From contig JBEKUP010000014.1 of assembly GCA_049514915.1 (NCBI GenBank), positions 27,887-91,886 on the forward strand: a stretch of 64,000 nucleotides of DNA. Reading direction: 5' to 3'. Source of the stretch: Terracidiphilus sp. GTDB lineage: Bacteria > Acidobacteriota > Terriglobia > Terriglobales > Acidobacteriaceae. Both the position numbers and the translations under genes were made by a program. The first letter of the stretch is position 1, and each line of letters opens with the position of its first letter. The notes under the pieces are model-generated. The model was not told the origin of the DNA, searched no databases, and saw only the letters and a list, made by a program, of their open reading frames with translations. Shown in pieces: positions 46,201-55,081 of this stretch.

Positions 46201-47634
46201 ATGTCGCAAGGGTCTCGCCGAGTTTTCCTGAAGTCAGCATCCGCGGCGGCCGCCGCCATCGCCGTTTCCAGCCGTCTTCCCGCCTTCGCTGCCGGTGCAC
46301 CCGTTTCCGTCTGGTCCACCTTTCGCGACCGCCGTCACGCCGCATCCGCCCCGCTCGCCTGGAGCCCCATCTCTGAAGTTTCTTCCGACGCCATCGTCCT
46401 CGACCCCGGCGCCCCGCGTCAGGAGATCCTCGGCTTCGGCGGCGCGCTGACCGACGCCACCTGCTATGTCATCAGCCAGCTCGATTCACATGCCCGCGAA
46501 GCCGTCCTCCACGACCTCTTCGCCCCCGGCGAAATGGCGCTCAACGTCTGCCGCACCTGCATCGGCGCCAGCGATTACTCCCGCAACGCGTATACCTACG
46601 ACGACAGCGATCAGCCCGATCCAGAGCTCACAAAATTCAGTATCGACCGCGACAAGGCCTACATCCTTCCGCTCCTCCGCGATGCCCGCAAAGTCAATCC
46701 CGAGCTGTTCCTTTTTTCCTCTCCGTGGAGCCCGCCCGGCTGGATGAAGTCCTCCGGCACCATCCTCGGCGGAGCCATGCGCAAGCACAGCTACGAGCCC
46801 TATTCGCGCTACTTCCTCAAGTTCCTCGATGCCTACAAAGCCGACGGCGTCGTCATTGATGCAGTCACCGTCCAAAACGAAGTCGACGCCGACCAGGACG
46901 GCCGTATGCCCGCCTGCCAGTGGGGCCAGGAGTACGAAATCGAGTTCGTCAAGAGTTATCTCGGCCCCGTGCTGCGCAAGGCCGGCCTCTCCACCAAAAT
47001 CTGGGTCCTCGACCACAACTACAATCTCTGGGGCCGCACCATCGCCGAGCTAAGCGATCCAGCAGCCTATGAATATATTGACGGCATCGCCTGGCACGGC
47101 TACGTCGGCCAACCTTCCGCAATGACCACCGTTCACAATGCCTTCCCCCAGAAAAACGCCTACTGGACCGAAGGCGGCCCCGACATTACCGCGCCTGACT
47201 ATCAGACCGACTTCACCCACTGGGCCGCAACCTTCAACGGAATCCTCAACAACTGGGCCCGCTCCCTCACCGCATGGAATCTCGCCCTCGACGAAAAGGG
47301 CAACCCGAACATCGGTCCCTTCCCCTGCGGCGGCGTCATCACCATCGACAACGCAACCAAAGCCATCACCCGCAGCGGCCAGTATTGGGCCTTCGCCCAC
47401 TTCTCTAAACACATCCGCCGCGGAGCAAAAGTTTTCGCCACCAACGGCGTCGCCGAGCCGGCAGAGAAGGGAACCGCCGCCATTTCTCCCACCGGTTTCC
47501 GTAATCCCGACGGCAGCTTCGTTGTCGTGCTCGCCAATCCCGGTCCGGAGAAGCGCGTGCAGTTGCTCCTCGGCGCCAGCACCCTCGAAATCGATCTCCC
47601 CGCCGCCTCCGTCCACACCCTCCAGTGGTCGTAG
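46201..47634 (+). CDS. Glycoside hydrolase family 30 (glucosylceramidase-like), Tat-exported
   Basis: 477 aa. Twin-arginine signal 'SRRVFLKSASAAAAAIAV'. 'ILGFGGALTDA', 'SPWSPPGWMK' and 'VTVQNE' are GH30 hallmarks. Confidence 0.85.
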   Translation: MSQGSRRVFLKSASAAAAAIAVSSRLPAFAAGAPVSVWSTFRDRRHAASAPLAWSPISEVSSDAIVLDPGAPRQEILGFGGALTDATCYVISQLDSHAREAVLHDLFAPGEMALNVCRTCIGASDYSRNAYTYDDSDQPDPELTKFSIDRDKAYILPLLRDARKVNPELFLFSSPWSPPGWMKSSGTILGGAMRKHSYEPYSRYFLKFLDAYKADGVVIDAVTVQNEVDADQDGRMPACQWGQEYEIEFVKSYLGPVLRKAGLSTKIWVLDHNYNLWGRTIAELSDPAAYEYIDGIAWHGYVGQPSAMTTVHNAFPQKNAYWTEGGPDITAPDYQTDFTHWAATFNGILNNWARSLTAWNLALDEKGNPNIGPFPCGGVITIDNATKAITRSGQYWAFAHFSKHIRRGAKVFATNGVAEPAEKGTAAISPTGFRNPDGSFVVVLANPGPEKRVQLLLGASTLEIDLPAASVHTLQWS

Positions 47635-47698
47635 CCATCCTTAAGCAGGAAGCAACCACGCCAGTGCGAGCGAACAGCGAACGTCTCCCGCACCGGAG

Positions 47699-49276
47699 GT
47701 GTCGAGCGTCTGCCGCACCACAGGTGCCGATGAGTGGGTTCGCAAACCAGCCGTGCGGAGTGCATACCCATCGCAGTCGCCACTTTCCACTGTTAAAAGA
47801 TCCCCAATTCCTCTAACGTGGAATGAACAAAGAGGTCAGACCAGCCGATTGAAAGCCGCGCTCAAAATTCTCTTCGTGATTGAGCTTACTGCCCTGCTGG
47901 CATGGGTTGGGCTGGCCTCCGGCCGCGGTGCGGGCCACGTGCCGGCCATCTGGTGGTCGAACGCGGCCCTCGCCTCCGTCATCCTCATTGACCGCCGTCG
48001 CCGCTGGATTTGGTTCTTCGCTGCCGGCTACCTGGGTAACGTCCTCGGCCATCTCTTCTTCCGCGATCCCATCTGGGAAACGCTCTGCCTCTCCGCCTGC
48101 GACGTCGGCGAAGCCGCCATTGCGGTCTTTGGCGTCGCCTATGTCTTCGGCCGCCGCGTCGACCTCACCGAGCAACGCCAGCTCCTGCGTTTCGTCGGCT
48201 TCGCGGTCTTTCTCGGTCCTGCCCTCGCCAGCCTCGCCGCCGGCCTGCTGCTCCACTGGATCACAGGCAGCCCGCTCTCAGTTTCCTTAATCTGGTTTCC
48301 CGCCAGCGCTTTGGGTATGTGCGTTGTCGTCCCGCTGGTCCTCGGCCTCGCCCGCAGCGAAACCCGCGACCTCTTTCTTCCCCACCGCCTGGCCAACACC
48401 CTTCTCTATCTCTTCATGATCGCCGCGGCCACCACCATCATCTTCTCCCGCGCCGATTTCCCCTGGCTCTTTCTCATCTTTCCGCCCCTGCTCTTCCTCG
48501 TCGTCCGTCTCGGCCTCAGCGGGGGCGTGCTCGGCTGCTGCGTGGTCGCGGCCATCGGCACCCAGTTCACCGTCGCCTCTCGCACCGGCCCGCTTGCCCA
48601 GTTGCCCCACGCCAGCCTCGAACACCGCATCCTCGTTCTCCAGCTCTTCTTGGCCACCGCCGTCCTCAGCGTCAGCATCCTCGCCATCGTCCTCGCCGAC
48701 CTGAGGCGCGCCCACATCGCCGCTGGCATCAGCGAGCAGCGCTACCGCGACCTCGCCTCGTCCATGGAGGCGCTTGCCACCGAAGACTCTCTCACCGGCC
48801 TCGCCAACCGCCGTCAGTTTGATCGTGCCATCGTCACCGAGTGGAAACGCGCCATCCGCAACATCGCGCCCATCTCCCTGCTCCTCCTCGATGTCGATCG
48901 CTTCAAAGACTTCAACGACCTCTACGGCCATCTCGAAGGCGACAGTTGCCTCCGCAAAATCGGCCAAATCGCCGCTGACGCCTCCCGCCGCGCTTCAGAC
49001 ACCGTGGCCCGCATCGGTGGCGAGGAGTTCGCCATCATCCTTCCGGGCACCGCCGCTGCCGGAGCCTTTGAAACCGCCGAGCGCCTGCGCGAAGCCGTCA
49101 TGCGGAAGGGCATCCCTCACGCCGCCAACGCACCTCTTGTCGTCACCATCTCCCTCGGCTGCGCTACATTCATCCCCACTGAGGGATCGGACGCCACAGA
49201 GATCATTGCCGCCGCCGATGCCGCCCTCTACGCCGCCAAAAACGCAGGCCGCAACCGCGTAGCCATTGCCGGGTAG
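47699..49276 (+). CDS. Diguanylate cyclase (GGDEF) with N-terminal polytopic membrane sensor domain (MASE1-like)
   Basis: C-terminus 'DSLTGLANRRQFD...LLLLDVDRFKDFNDLYGHLEGDSCL...RIGGEEFAIILPG...ADAALYAAKNAGRNRV'. About 8 hydrophobic segments lie upstream. The true start is probably downstream of 47699, e.g. in-frame TTG 47849 (MKAALKILFVIE...). Confidence 0.85.
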   Translation: MSSVCRTTGADEWVRKPAVRSAYPSQSPLSTVKRSPIPLTWNEQRGQTSRLKAALKILFVIELTALLAWVGLASGRGAGHVPAIWWSNAALASVILIDRRRRWIWFFAAGYLGNVLGHLFFRDPIWETLCLSACDVGEAAIAVFGVAYVFGRRVDLTEQRQLLRFVGFAVFLGPALASLAAGLLLHWITGSPLSVSLIWFPASALGMCVVVPLVLGLARSETRDLFLPHRLANTLLYLFMIAAATTIIFSRADFPWLFLIFPPLLFLVVRLGLSGGVLGCCVVAAIGTQFTVASRTGPLAQLPHASLEHRILVLQLFLATAVLSVSILAIVLADLRRAHIAAGISEQRYRDLASSMEALATEDSLTGLANRRQFDRAIVTEWKRAIRNIAPISLLLLDVDRFKDFNDLYGHLEGDSCLRKIGQIAADASRRASDTVARIGGEEFAIILPGTAAAGAFETAERLREAVMRKGIPHAANAPLVVTISLGCATFIPTEGSDATEIIAAADAALYAAKNAGRNRVAIAG

Positions 49277-49305
49277 CCCACAAAGTCTGCGTAAACAAAA
49301 TCGCT

Positions 49306-49345
49306 TTCATCCTGAGCGAAGCGTAGCGGAGTCGAACGACCTGCT
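49306..49345 (+). repeat. Dispersed intergenic repeat, copy A (TCATCCTGAGCGA...GAGTCGAAnGAyCTGC family)
   Basis: TTCATCCTGAGCGAAGCGTAGCGGAGTCGAACGACCTGC shares both end boxes with copies at 51079 and 51155. It accounts for the spurious N-terminal extension (FHPERSVAESNDLLF) of the 49266 ORF. Confidence 0.8.
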
Positions 49346-49373
49346 TTTTCTTTCAAAACCAAACCGAGGTCCC

Positions 49374-49985
49374 GTGACAATCGACATCCAGGAACAATTC
49401 GGCCAGATCGACATTTACATCTTCGATCAAATCCTCCGCGGCAACATCGAGCCCGGCATGACCATCCTCGACGCCGGATGCGGTTACGGCCGCAATCTCG
49501 TCCACCTGCTTCGCGAGGGCTGCCGCGTCTTCGCCGTCGACCAGGACCCCGCAGCCGTGGACCATGTCCGCAAGCTCTCCGAGTCCCTCCACGCCAATCT
49601 GCCCGCTGAAAACTTTCAGGTCGGCCCCATCGAGCAGATGCCTTTCCCCGACGGCCTCGCCGACGTCGTTCTCTGCAACGCAGTCCTTCACTTCGCCCGC
49701 GACGGCCGCCACTTCCGCGCCATGCTCACGGAACTCTGGCGCGTCCTCAAGCCCGGCGGCATACTCTTCTGCCGTCTCGGCTCCCGCATCGGCATGGACT
49801 TCCAGCGTCTCCGCGGCAACATCTATCGCATCCCCGACGGCTCCGAGTGGTACCTCGTCGACCAGCGGATGCTCCTCGATTTAACCGAGGAGCTGAACGC
49901 CGTCCAGGTCGACCCCCTTAAGACCACCATCGTCCAGGACTACCGTTGCATGACCACCTGGGTCCTCCGCAAACGCCACGGCTAA
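49374..49985 (+). CDS. Class I SAM-dependent methyltransferase
   Basis: GTG 49374 follows GAGG. 'ILDAGCGYGRNLVHLLREGCRVFAVD' (motif I plus an acidic loop) and 'VLKPGGILF'. The track ORF begins at 49266, inside the repeat. Confidence 0.8.
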   Translation: MTIDIQEQFGQIDIYIFDQILRGNIEPGMTILDAGCGYGRNLVHLLREGCRVFAVDQDPAAVDHVRKLSESLHANLPAENFQVGPIEQMPFPDGLADVVLCNAVLHFARDGRHFRAMLTELWRVLKPGGILFCRLGSRIGMDFQRLRGNIYRIPDGSEWYLVDQRMLLDLTEELNAVQVDPLKTTIVQDYRCMTTWVLRKRHG

Positions 49986-50049
49986 GCGCGTATTTAAATC
50001 AAACAGGAGAGCCTGTGCTCTGCGAAAAGGCACCGAAGCTTTGTATCAG

Positions 50050-50102
50050 GGCATGACTTTAGTCATGCCGATAAAGCCAACAAATGATTCGGGCTTTAGC
50101 CC
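50050..50102. repeat. Nested palindromic element (two short perfect hairpins)
   Basis: GGCATGACT-TT-AGTCATGCC (50050-50069, 9-bp stem) and GGGCT-TT-AGCCC (50091-50102). AAAGCC (50073-50078) can alternatively pair with GGCTTT (50092-50097). Confidence 0.7.
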
Positions 50103-50397
50103 CTGCCAAAATTGTGGAGATCAAGAACCAGACAGACGTATCCTTGAGACAGCTGACCATGGGAGGCGCAAAAACGAACACTCAAAACGAAAAATCGTCA
50201 ACACCGCTCCCGATGCCCGAGCATGACAGCAGCAGGGAAGATCCCATCACCGGCCTTCGTAGCGAGAATAATAGCTCTCGCGCCAAAGGAGGCATCTTTG
50301 CCGCCCTGCGCCGTTCTCCTCTCGTCGGAGCTGACCTGAACATCGTCCGCCCGCGAACCGATGGCCGCCGAATTACCCTCTCATAACTCGCAGGTGC

Positions 50398-50922
50398 CTA
50401 CTTGCACTTCGGATGCGGATTCTTATAAGTCAACTCCAGTGGCATCCAGTCCGACAGCCGTTTCATGTCCGCCTGGGCAATCGTCGACTGGTACGCCAGC
50501 GACGACCGCGCCAGCGCCACGTTCAGCTCCACCTTCCCCTTCATGCAATGCGCTTCCAGATATTCCGAAAGCCCCTTCCGTGCCCGATCCATATAGTCCT
50601 CAGGCAGCGTTCCCTCCGGCCCGTGAATGTCCAGGGGTGACCCAACAATCAGTTGTTCCCCCGGGTCCGCGCCCGCCGGGCCCGCAGCCGTGAACTTCAG
50701 CACCACAATGGCACGTGTCTCCAGCGCGTCTGGATTCGCCGTGTATTTTACCGGCGGAATCGTAATCCCCGCCGGGTCCACCTTGGCGGCCTTGGTGTCA
50801 AACTCCAACCGGTACGGAGCGCCCTTCCATTTCGGCCCAACCGGAATCCCGGCATCTTTTTTCTCCTGACACCCTGCCAGCAGCAGCAATCCCCCCACCA
50901 CCAAAAGCAAAATCTTTCGCAT
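50398..50922 (-). CDS. Hypothetical lipoprotein
   Basis: ATG 50922 gives MRKILLLVVGGLLLLAGC|QEKKD, a lipobox LLAGC. I recognise no family in the mature part. Confidence 0.6.
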   Translation of the reverse strand: MRKILLLVVGGLLLLAGCQEKKDAGIPVGPKWKGAPYRLEFDTKAAKVDPAGITIPPVKYTANPDALETRAIVVLKFTAAGPAGADPGEQLIVGSPLDIHGPEGTLPEDYMDRARKGLSEYLEAHCMKGKVELNVALARSSLAYQSTIAQADMKRLSDWMPLELTYKNPHPKCK

Positions 50923-51078
50923 GCATTCCTCCTCATTCACACGGAACCGCGGAAGAATACCACCAATTTTTCAAGTTGCGATGTGATTTTCAACAGAGGT
51001 CTCCACACAGAGGCGCTTCCCCAGTCCGTCTCGTCCGCAGTCAACGAGCCGCTTTCTATGGCTCTTTATAAGACGACT

Positions 51079-51129
51079 GTCATCCTGAGCGACCCTGAGC
51101 ATAGTCGAATGGGGAGTCGAAGGACCTGC
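51079..51129 (+). repeat. Dispersed intergenic repeat, copy B
   Basis: GTCATCCTGAGCGAccctgagcatagtcgaatgggGAGTCGAAGGACCTGC: same end boxes as copies A and C, with a longer internal segment. Confidence 0.8.
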
Positions 51130-51154
51130 TTCTTATAACTTTCCGTTAATATCT

Positions 51155-51191
51155 GTCATCTTGAGCGAGCGCAGCGAGTCGAAAGATCTGC
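51155..51191 (+). repeat. Dispersed intergenic repeat, copy C
   Basis: GTCATCTTGAGCGAgcgcagcGAGTCGAAAGATCTGC, 26 nt downstream of copy B in the same orientation. Confidence 0.8.
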
Positions 51192-51457
51192 GGTTGCCGT
51201 TCGACCGCTATTGAGGGGGCAAAAAGGCACAATGTCCGGATTGCCGGTGATACATCCGGAATGTCGGAATTGTGGTCGCTGCCGCGGTAGTGAACAATGA
51301 GTTCTGCGGGCCTCAATTCAGAGCGACGATTTCACTTAAGCGACCGGTGACAAAGGTGGAGTATATTTGGGGGCACAGAAACGCTCGGGAAAAGACTGGC
51401 GGCCGCACGACCAGCAAGTTGGAGTGCCGCAACTACGAATGTCAAGGTGGCGCTGCC

Positions 51458-54172
51458 ATGAGAATGCGTGAGCACTTTTACTGGATCTGCTACAGGAAAA
51501 CTGTACAGGTTGTATTGACTATCGCTATGTGTCTGCTGATTGCGCGGTCTCATTCGGTGTGGGGGCAATCGGCGCCGACGTTTACGGAACTGGATTATTC
51601 GAGAGGAAGTGTCTCCCCGAATTTTTCGCCGCAGTGGGTTGCGGTTGCAGATTTTAATGGCGACGGCATTCCGGATGTTGCGGCAGTCAGTTGCTCCGGA
51701 GCAGGATCTGCTGATCTTGCCATCTATCTTGGACGCGGGGATGGGTCACTCCAGCTTCCATTGACGTTCTCCATTGCTCAGCAAGCCAATGTCGTCTGTC
51801 TTCAGGCCGTTCTGGCAGGAGACTTGAATGGAGACGGCAAAATCGACCTAGTTCTGACGGGTCAGGACGAGAATTTCCTTGGTAAGCTAATCTTCTTATC
51901 GGGAAATGGCGATGGCACGTTTCAGGCGCCGGTCGAGTCGTCCCTGGGGAGCAGCCCGCTCGAGGATCTCAGTAATCTTGCCACGGCCGATTTCAACGGA
52001 GACGGCAAGCTTGACATTGTGGTCAGCACAAATCTGTATTCCTATAGCGGAACAGGCGCAGCCGAGATTCTCTTCGCTGCGGGCAATGGCAACGGCACAT
52101 TTGCGGTTCCGATGGTGCTTCCCGAATCGGACGGCGGGGGCTCGATTGCCGCGGCGGATTTGAACCATGACGGAAAGCCTGATATTGCCTGGGTCGGCAG
52201 CGAATTAAACGTAGCGCTTGGCGATGGCAACGGCGGATTTTCCGCAGCGACACAATATCCGCTATCCAACCTCTCTCCCGTTGCCAGCTTTCTTGCCATT
52301 GCCGATTTCAACGGGGACGGTGTGCCCGACATTCTCACGGATACAATGGTCTTGCATCCTGTTCAACAGACTTCTATCAATGTGTTTCCCGGAAATGGCG
52401 ACGGAACATTTGGAACTGCCGTCAACACAATACTTGAAACCGGCACCTTCGAGACCTCTGGTCCGATAGCGATCGCGGATTTTGAAGCGAATGGCCACCT
52501 TGATTTATTCGTTGGAGGCGTGAACCAAGCTCCCAATCTGTATCTGCATGGCAACGGCGACGGCAGTTTTACGGTTTCTACTTTGAATCTCGATTTTGGC
52601 ACTTTTTCGCCAGAAGCATGGAGCTCTGTGGCAGCTAATTTGACCGGTAATGGAAAGCCGGATATTGTCTTTGTCGATCCCAACGCGACGGTGGGAGTCC
52701 TTTTGAACGCACCGGGCGATGCACCGATTGCACTGTACCCGGCTGGATACTCTTTTGGCGATCAGACACTTGGGGCAGCGGGAACCACAGGGACTTTTAC
52801 GATTGGAAACACGGGGGCGAGCCCGTTTACAATCAACAGCCCCGCGCTTGATAACACCACCGATTTTTCCATGACGACAAACTGCGGGGGACCCATTCCA
52901 GCACAGGGCAGCTGCACTGCGACTGTTGCATTTCAGCCTCAATCGACCGGAACGAAAACAGCTAATCTGAGTATTTCGGGCAGCAATCTGTCGGCAGCGA
53001 GCGTGATCCGTATCACAGGTCAGGCGATTGCACCTGCCGTATCCAGGAGCCCTGCTACGCTGGCGTTTGGCTACCAAAAGGTGGGAACAACAAGTACGAG
53101 CCAGACATTACAGGTAACCAATAGTGGCACCGGGCCGTTGAACTTGTTGGTTTCCATTCAGGGTGATTTCCAACAAACCAACAACTGCCCTGCAACCCTG
53201 GCCCAAGGCGCAAGCTGCACCGTGACGGTGATGTACGCGCCGGAAGTTCCCGGGTCAGAAACCGGAAGGGTGATATTCAATACAAATGCAGTGCCGGCGC
53301 AATCGGCAGTGCCTTTGACTGGGATCGGCTATATCATCGGTCCTGTCCTTGCAATTTCTCCATCGTCACTGAACTTTGGTTCGCAGTATGTTGGCACCAG
53401 CAGCGCGCCCGGAGTGGTGACGGTACTGAACAACGGGGATGCACCTTTCAGCATTTCATCTGTAACCTCCACCACAGGTTTTGTACCATTGAGTACTTGC
53501 GGGAGCACTGTTCAGCCATCCTTCTCATGCGCAATCGGTATTTTCTTTGACCCGGCCACAACCGGAAGTCAGTCAGGCACTTTGTCCGTGGCCACCAATT
53601 TGGCAACAGCCACGCCTCCAATTGCATTGACGGGCACGGGAACGAGCATTAGTGTGGGGCCCTCCGCGTCGAGTTCCACTTCCGCGACGATTACCGCGGG
53701 GCAGTCGGCCACTTACAGCATGAGTATTACTCCTCAATCCGGCTATACGGGCACGGTCAGCCTGAGCTGTGCCGGGCTTCCTCGGGGGATTACCTGCTCT
53801 GTGTCGCAGAACTCCGTCACGCTGAACGGGTTGGCAGCAGTAACTGCAACGGTAACGGTGAACTCGACGGCATCTGCCGCGGCATCGCGCAGACAAGTTG
53901 CTTCGCGAGACTCCGGCTTGCTGGTTCTTGCAACTCCGCTGGTGATTTTCTTTCTACGCCGTGGCAAGCGCTTCCAATGGATGCGTCCTTTGCTGGCATT
54001 TGGCGCTTTGCTGGTTGCGGCGGGACTGGCCGTGTCTTGCGGAGGGTCCAGCAGCGGACAGCAAACCACGACTACCGAACAGACCTACACTTTCTTTCTG
54101 GAGTCGCAACCCGCGACGGGCATTACGATCGATACTCCGCTGACGCTGACTGTCCAAACTACGCAGCAGTAG
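51458..54172 (+). CDS. Large surface protein: seven FG-GAP/VCBS repeats (beta-propeller) + multiple Ig-like (choice-of-anchor-D/HYDIN-like) domains + C-terminal hydrophobic segments
   Basis: ATG 51458 (MRMREHFYW..., signal-anchor LTIAMCLLIARSHSVWGQ). Seven 'ADFNGDGxPD'-type repeats: ADFNGDGIPDV, GDLNGDGKIDL, ADFNGDGKLDI, ADLNHDGKPDI, ADFNGDGVPDI, ADFEANGHLDL, ANLTGNGKPDI. Repeated ~90-aa modules follow ('FGxQxVGTxS...TVTNxGxxPLxI...F...NCxxxLAxGxSCT'). The track maximum starts at 51272. Confidence 0.85.
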   Translation: MRMREHFYWICYRKTVQVVLTIAMCLLIARSHSVWGQSAPTFTELDYSRGSVSPNFSPQWVAVADFNGDGIPDVAAVSCSGAGSADLAIYLGRGDGSLQLPLTFSIAQQANVVCLQAVLAGDLNGDGKIDLVLTGQDENFLGKLIFLSGNGDGTFQAPVESSLGSSPLEDLSNLATADFNGDGKLDIVVSTNLYSYSGTGAAEILFAAGNGNGTFAVPMVLPESDGGGSIAAADLNHDGKPDIAWVGSELNVALGDGNGGFSAATQYPLSNLSPVASFLAIADFNGDGVPDILTDTMVLHPVQQTSINVFPGNGDGTFGTAVNTILETGTFETSGPIAIADFEANGHLDLFVGGVNQAPNLYLHGNGDGSFTVSTLNLDFGTFSPEAWSSVAANLTGNGKPDIVFVDPNATVGVLLNAPGDAPIALYPAGYSFGDQTLGAAGTTGTFTIGNTGASPFTINSPALDNTTDFSMTTNCGGPIPAQGSCTATVAFQPQSTGTKTANLSISGSNLSAASVIRITGQAIAPAVSRSPATLAFGYQKVGTTSTSQTLQVTNSGTGPLNLLVSIQGDFQQTNNCPATLAQGASCTVTVMYAPEVPGSETGRVIFNTNAVPAQSAVPLTGIGYIIGPVLAISPSSLNFGSQYVGTSSAPGVVTVLNNGDAPFSISSVTSTTGFVPLSTCGSTVQPSFSCAIGIFFDPATTGSQSGTLSVATNLATATPPIALTGTGTSISVGPSASSSTSATITAGQSATYSMSITPQSGYTGTVSLSCAGLPRGITCSVSQNSVTLNGLAAVTATVTVNSTASAAASRRQVASRDSGLLVLATPLVIFFLRRGKRFQWMRPLLAFGALLVAAGLAVSCGGSSSGQQTTTTEQTYTFFLESQPATGITIDTPLTLTVQTTQQ

Positions 54173-54190
54173 TTGTTCATCAACAACAAA

Positions 54191-54213
54191 GGCTAAGCCC
54201 TGACGGCTTAGCC
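54191..54213 (+). terminator. Hairpin downstream of the FG-GAP gene (weak intrinsic terminator)
   Basis: GGCTAAGCC-CTGAC-GGCTTAGCC is a perfect 9-bp stem, but it is followed by TCTGTTGTG, a poor U-tract. Confidence 0.5.
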
Positions 54214-54476
54214 TCTGTTGTGCGCGATGGGACGCGGTCAGCGCGTGAGGGGATGCGAAGGTAGCCGCCGGTGATTGCGTGTGGTCACCCGTGGCAGGTT
54301 GAGGTTCTGAGCGGGTCGTCTATCCGGACAAATCACCTTTCTCCCGGAAGTTTCCAGATACCTTGGCTCACGCTCGAAGCGGGACGCTGGCGCGCGAATC
54401 GCCCATCACACCCCTATGATGAATACTCGGGCAGGATGAGCAAGCGCAAACAACAGCACCACTGACAGGACCAGCA

Positions 54477-55081
54477 ATGAGAATCGGATTTCTAGGCTTG
54501 GGCGCGATGGGCACACCGATGGCGCTCCACCTCCTCTCCGCCGGCCACGAGCTCTCCGTCTGGAATCGCACCGAGGAGCGCACCAAGCCTCTCATCCACG
54601 AAGGCGCCATCGCTGCCGCCAACCCGGCTGAAGCCGAACTCGGCGCGGACGCAATCGTAACGATGTTCCCCGACGACGCAGCCTATGAAGAAGTGTTCTT
54701 CGGCGTCCACCGGCTCATCGACGCGCTCTCACCCGGCCTGCTTCACATCCTCTGCGGCCCCATCAGCGTGCCTCTAGCCCAACGCCTCACAGGGGAGCAC
54801 GCAACCCGTGCCATCGATTTTGTTGGAGCGCCCGTTTTCGGCAACCCCGCCGATGCCGCAGCCGGCCGCCTATGGGTTGTAGCCGCCGGCGCAGACCAGG
54901 CCGTCGCACGCGCCCGCCCCTTGCTTCAAGCATTTTCCCGAGGCATCACCCTTGTCGGCGATCAGCCCCAGCAGGCCTTCGCCATCAAGCTCGATGCAAC
55001 CTTCTCACCGCCGGAAACAACCACGAATGGATGGTCATCCTGAAAGACTGCGCGCCTCTTATGGACCCCCGTCTAAAGTAG
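54477..55081 (+). pseudogene. NAD(P)-dependent 3-hydroxyisobutyrate/6-phosphogluconate dehydrogenase-family oxidoreductase, frameshifted and 3'-truncated
   Basis: N-terminus 'MRIGFLGLGAMGTPMALHLLSAGHELSVWNRT' (Rossmann GxGxxG). The frame breaks after '...QQAFAIKL' near 54993. The expected continuation 'CNLLTAGNN...' is in another frame (54995-55081) and stops about 90 aa short, where the convergent 55059-55694 gene begins. Confidence 0.6.

Noticed and set aside
50084-50386. 100-aa ORF whose C-terminus (GGIFAALRRSPLVGADLNIVRPRTDGRRITL) resembles the tail of FitA/VapB-type ribbon-helix-helix antitoxins
   Set aside because: It has no RHH N-terminal domain, and no PIN/VapC partner follows (a convergent lipoprotein gene does). 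The 5' part runs through the palindromic repeat. At best it is a decayed antitoxin remnant, not supportable as a gene.
51272-51457. 62-codon N-terminal extension of the FG-GAP protein ORF
   Set aside because: The extension lacks signal features and begins inside the repeat-containing spacer. ATG 51458 gives a normal signal anchor.
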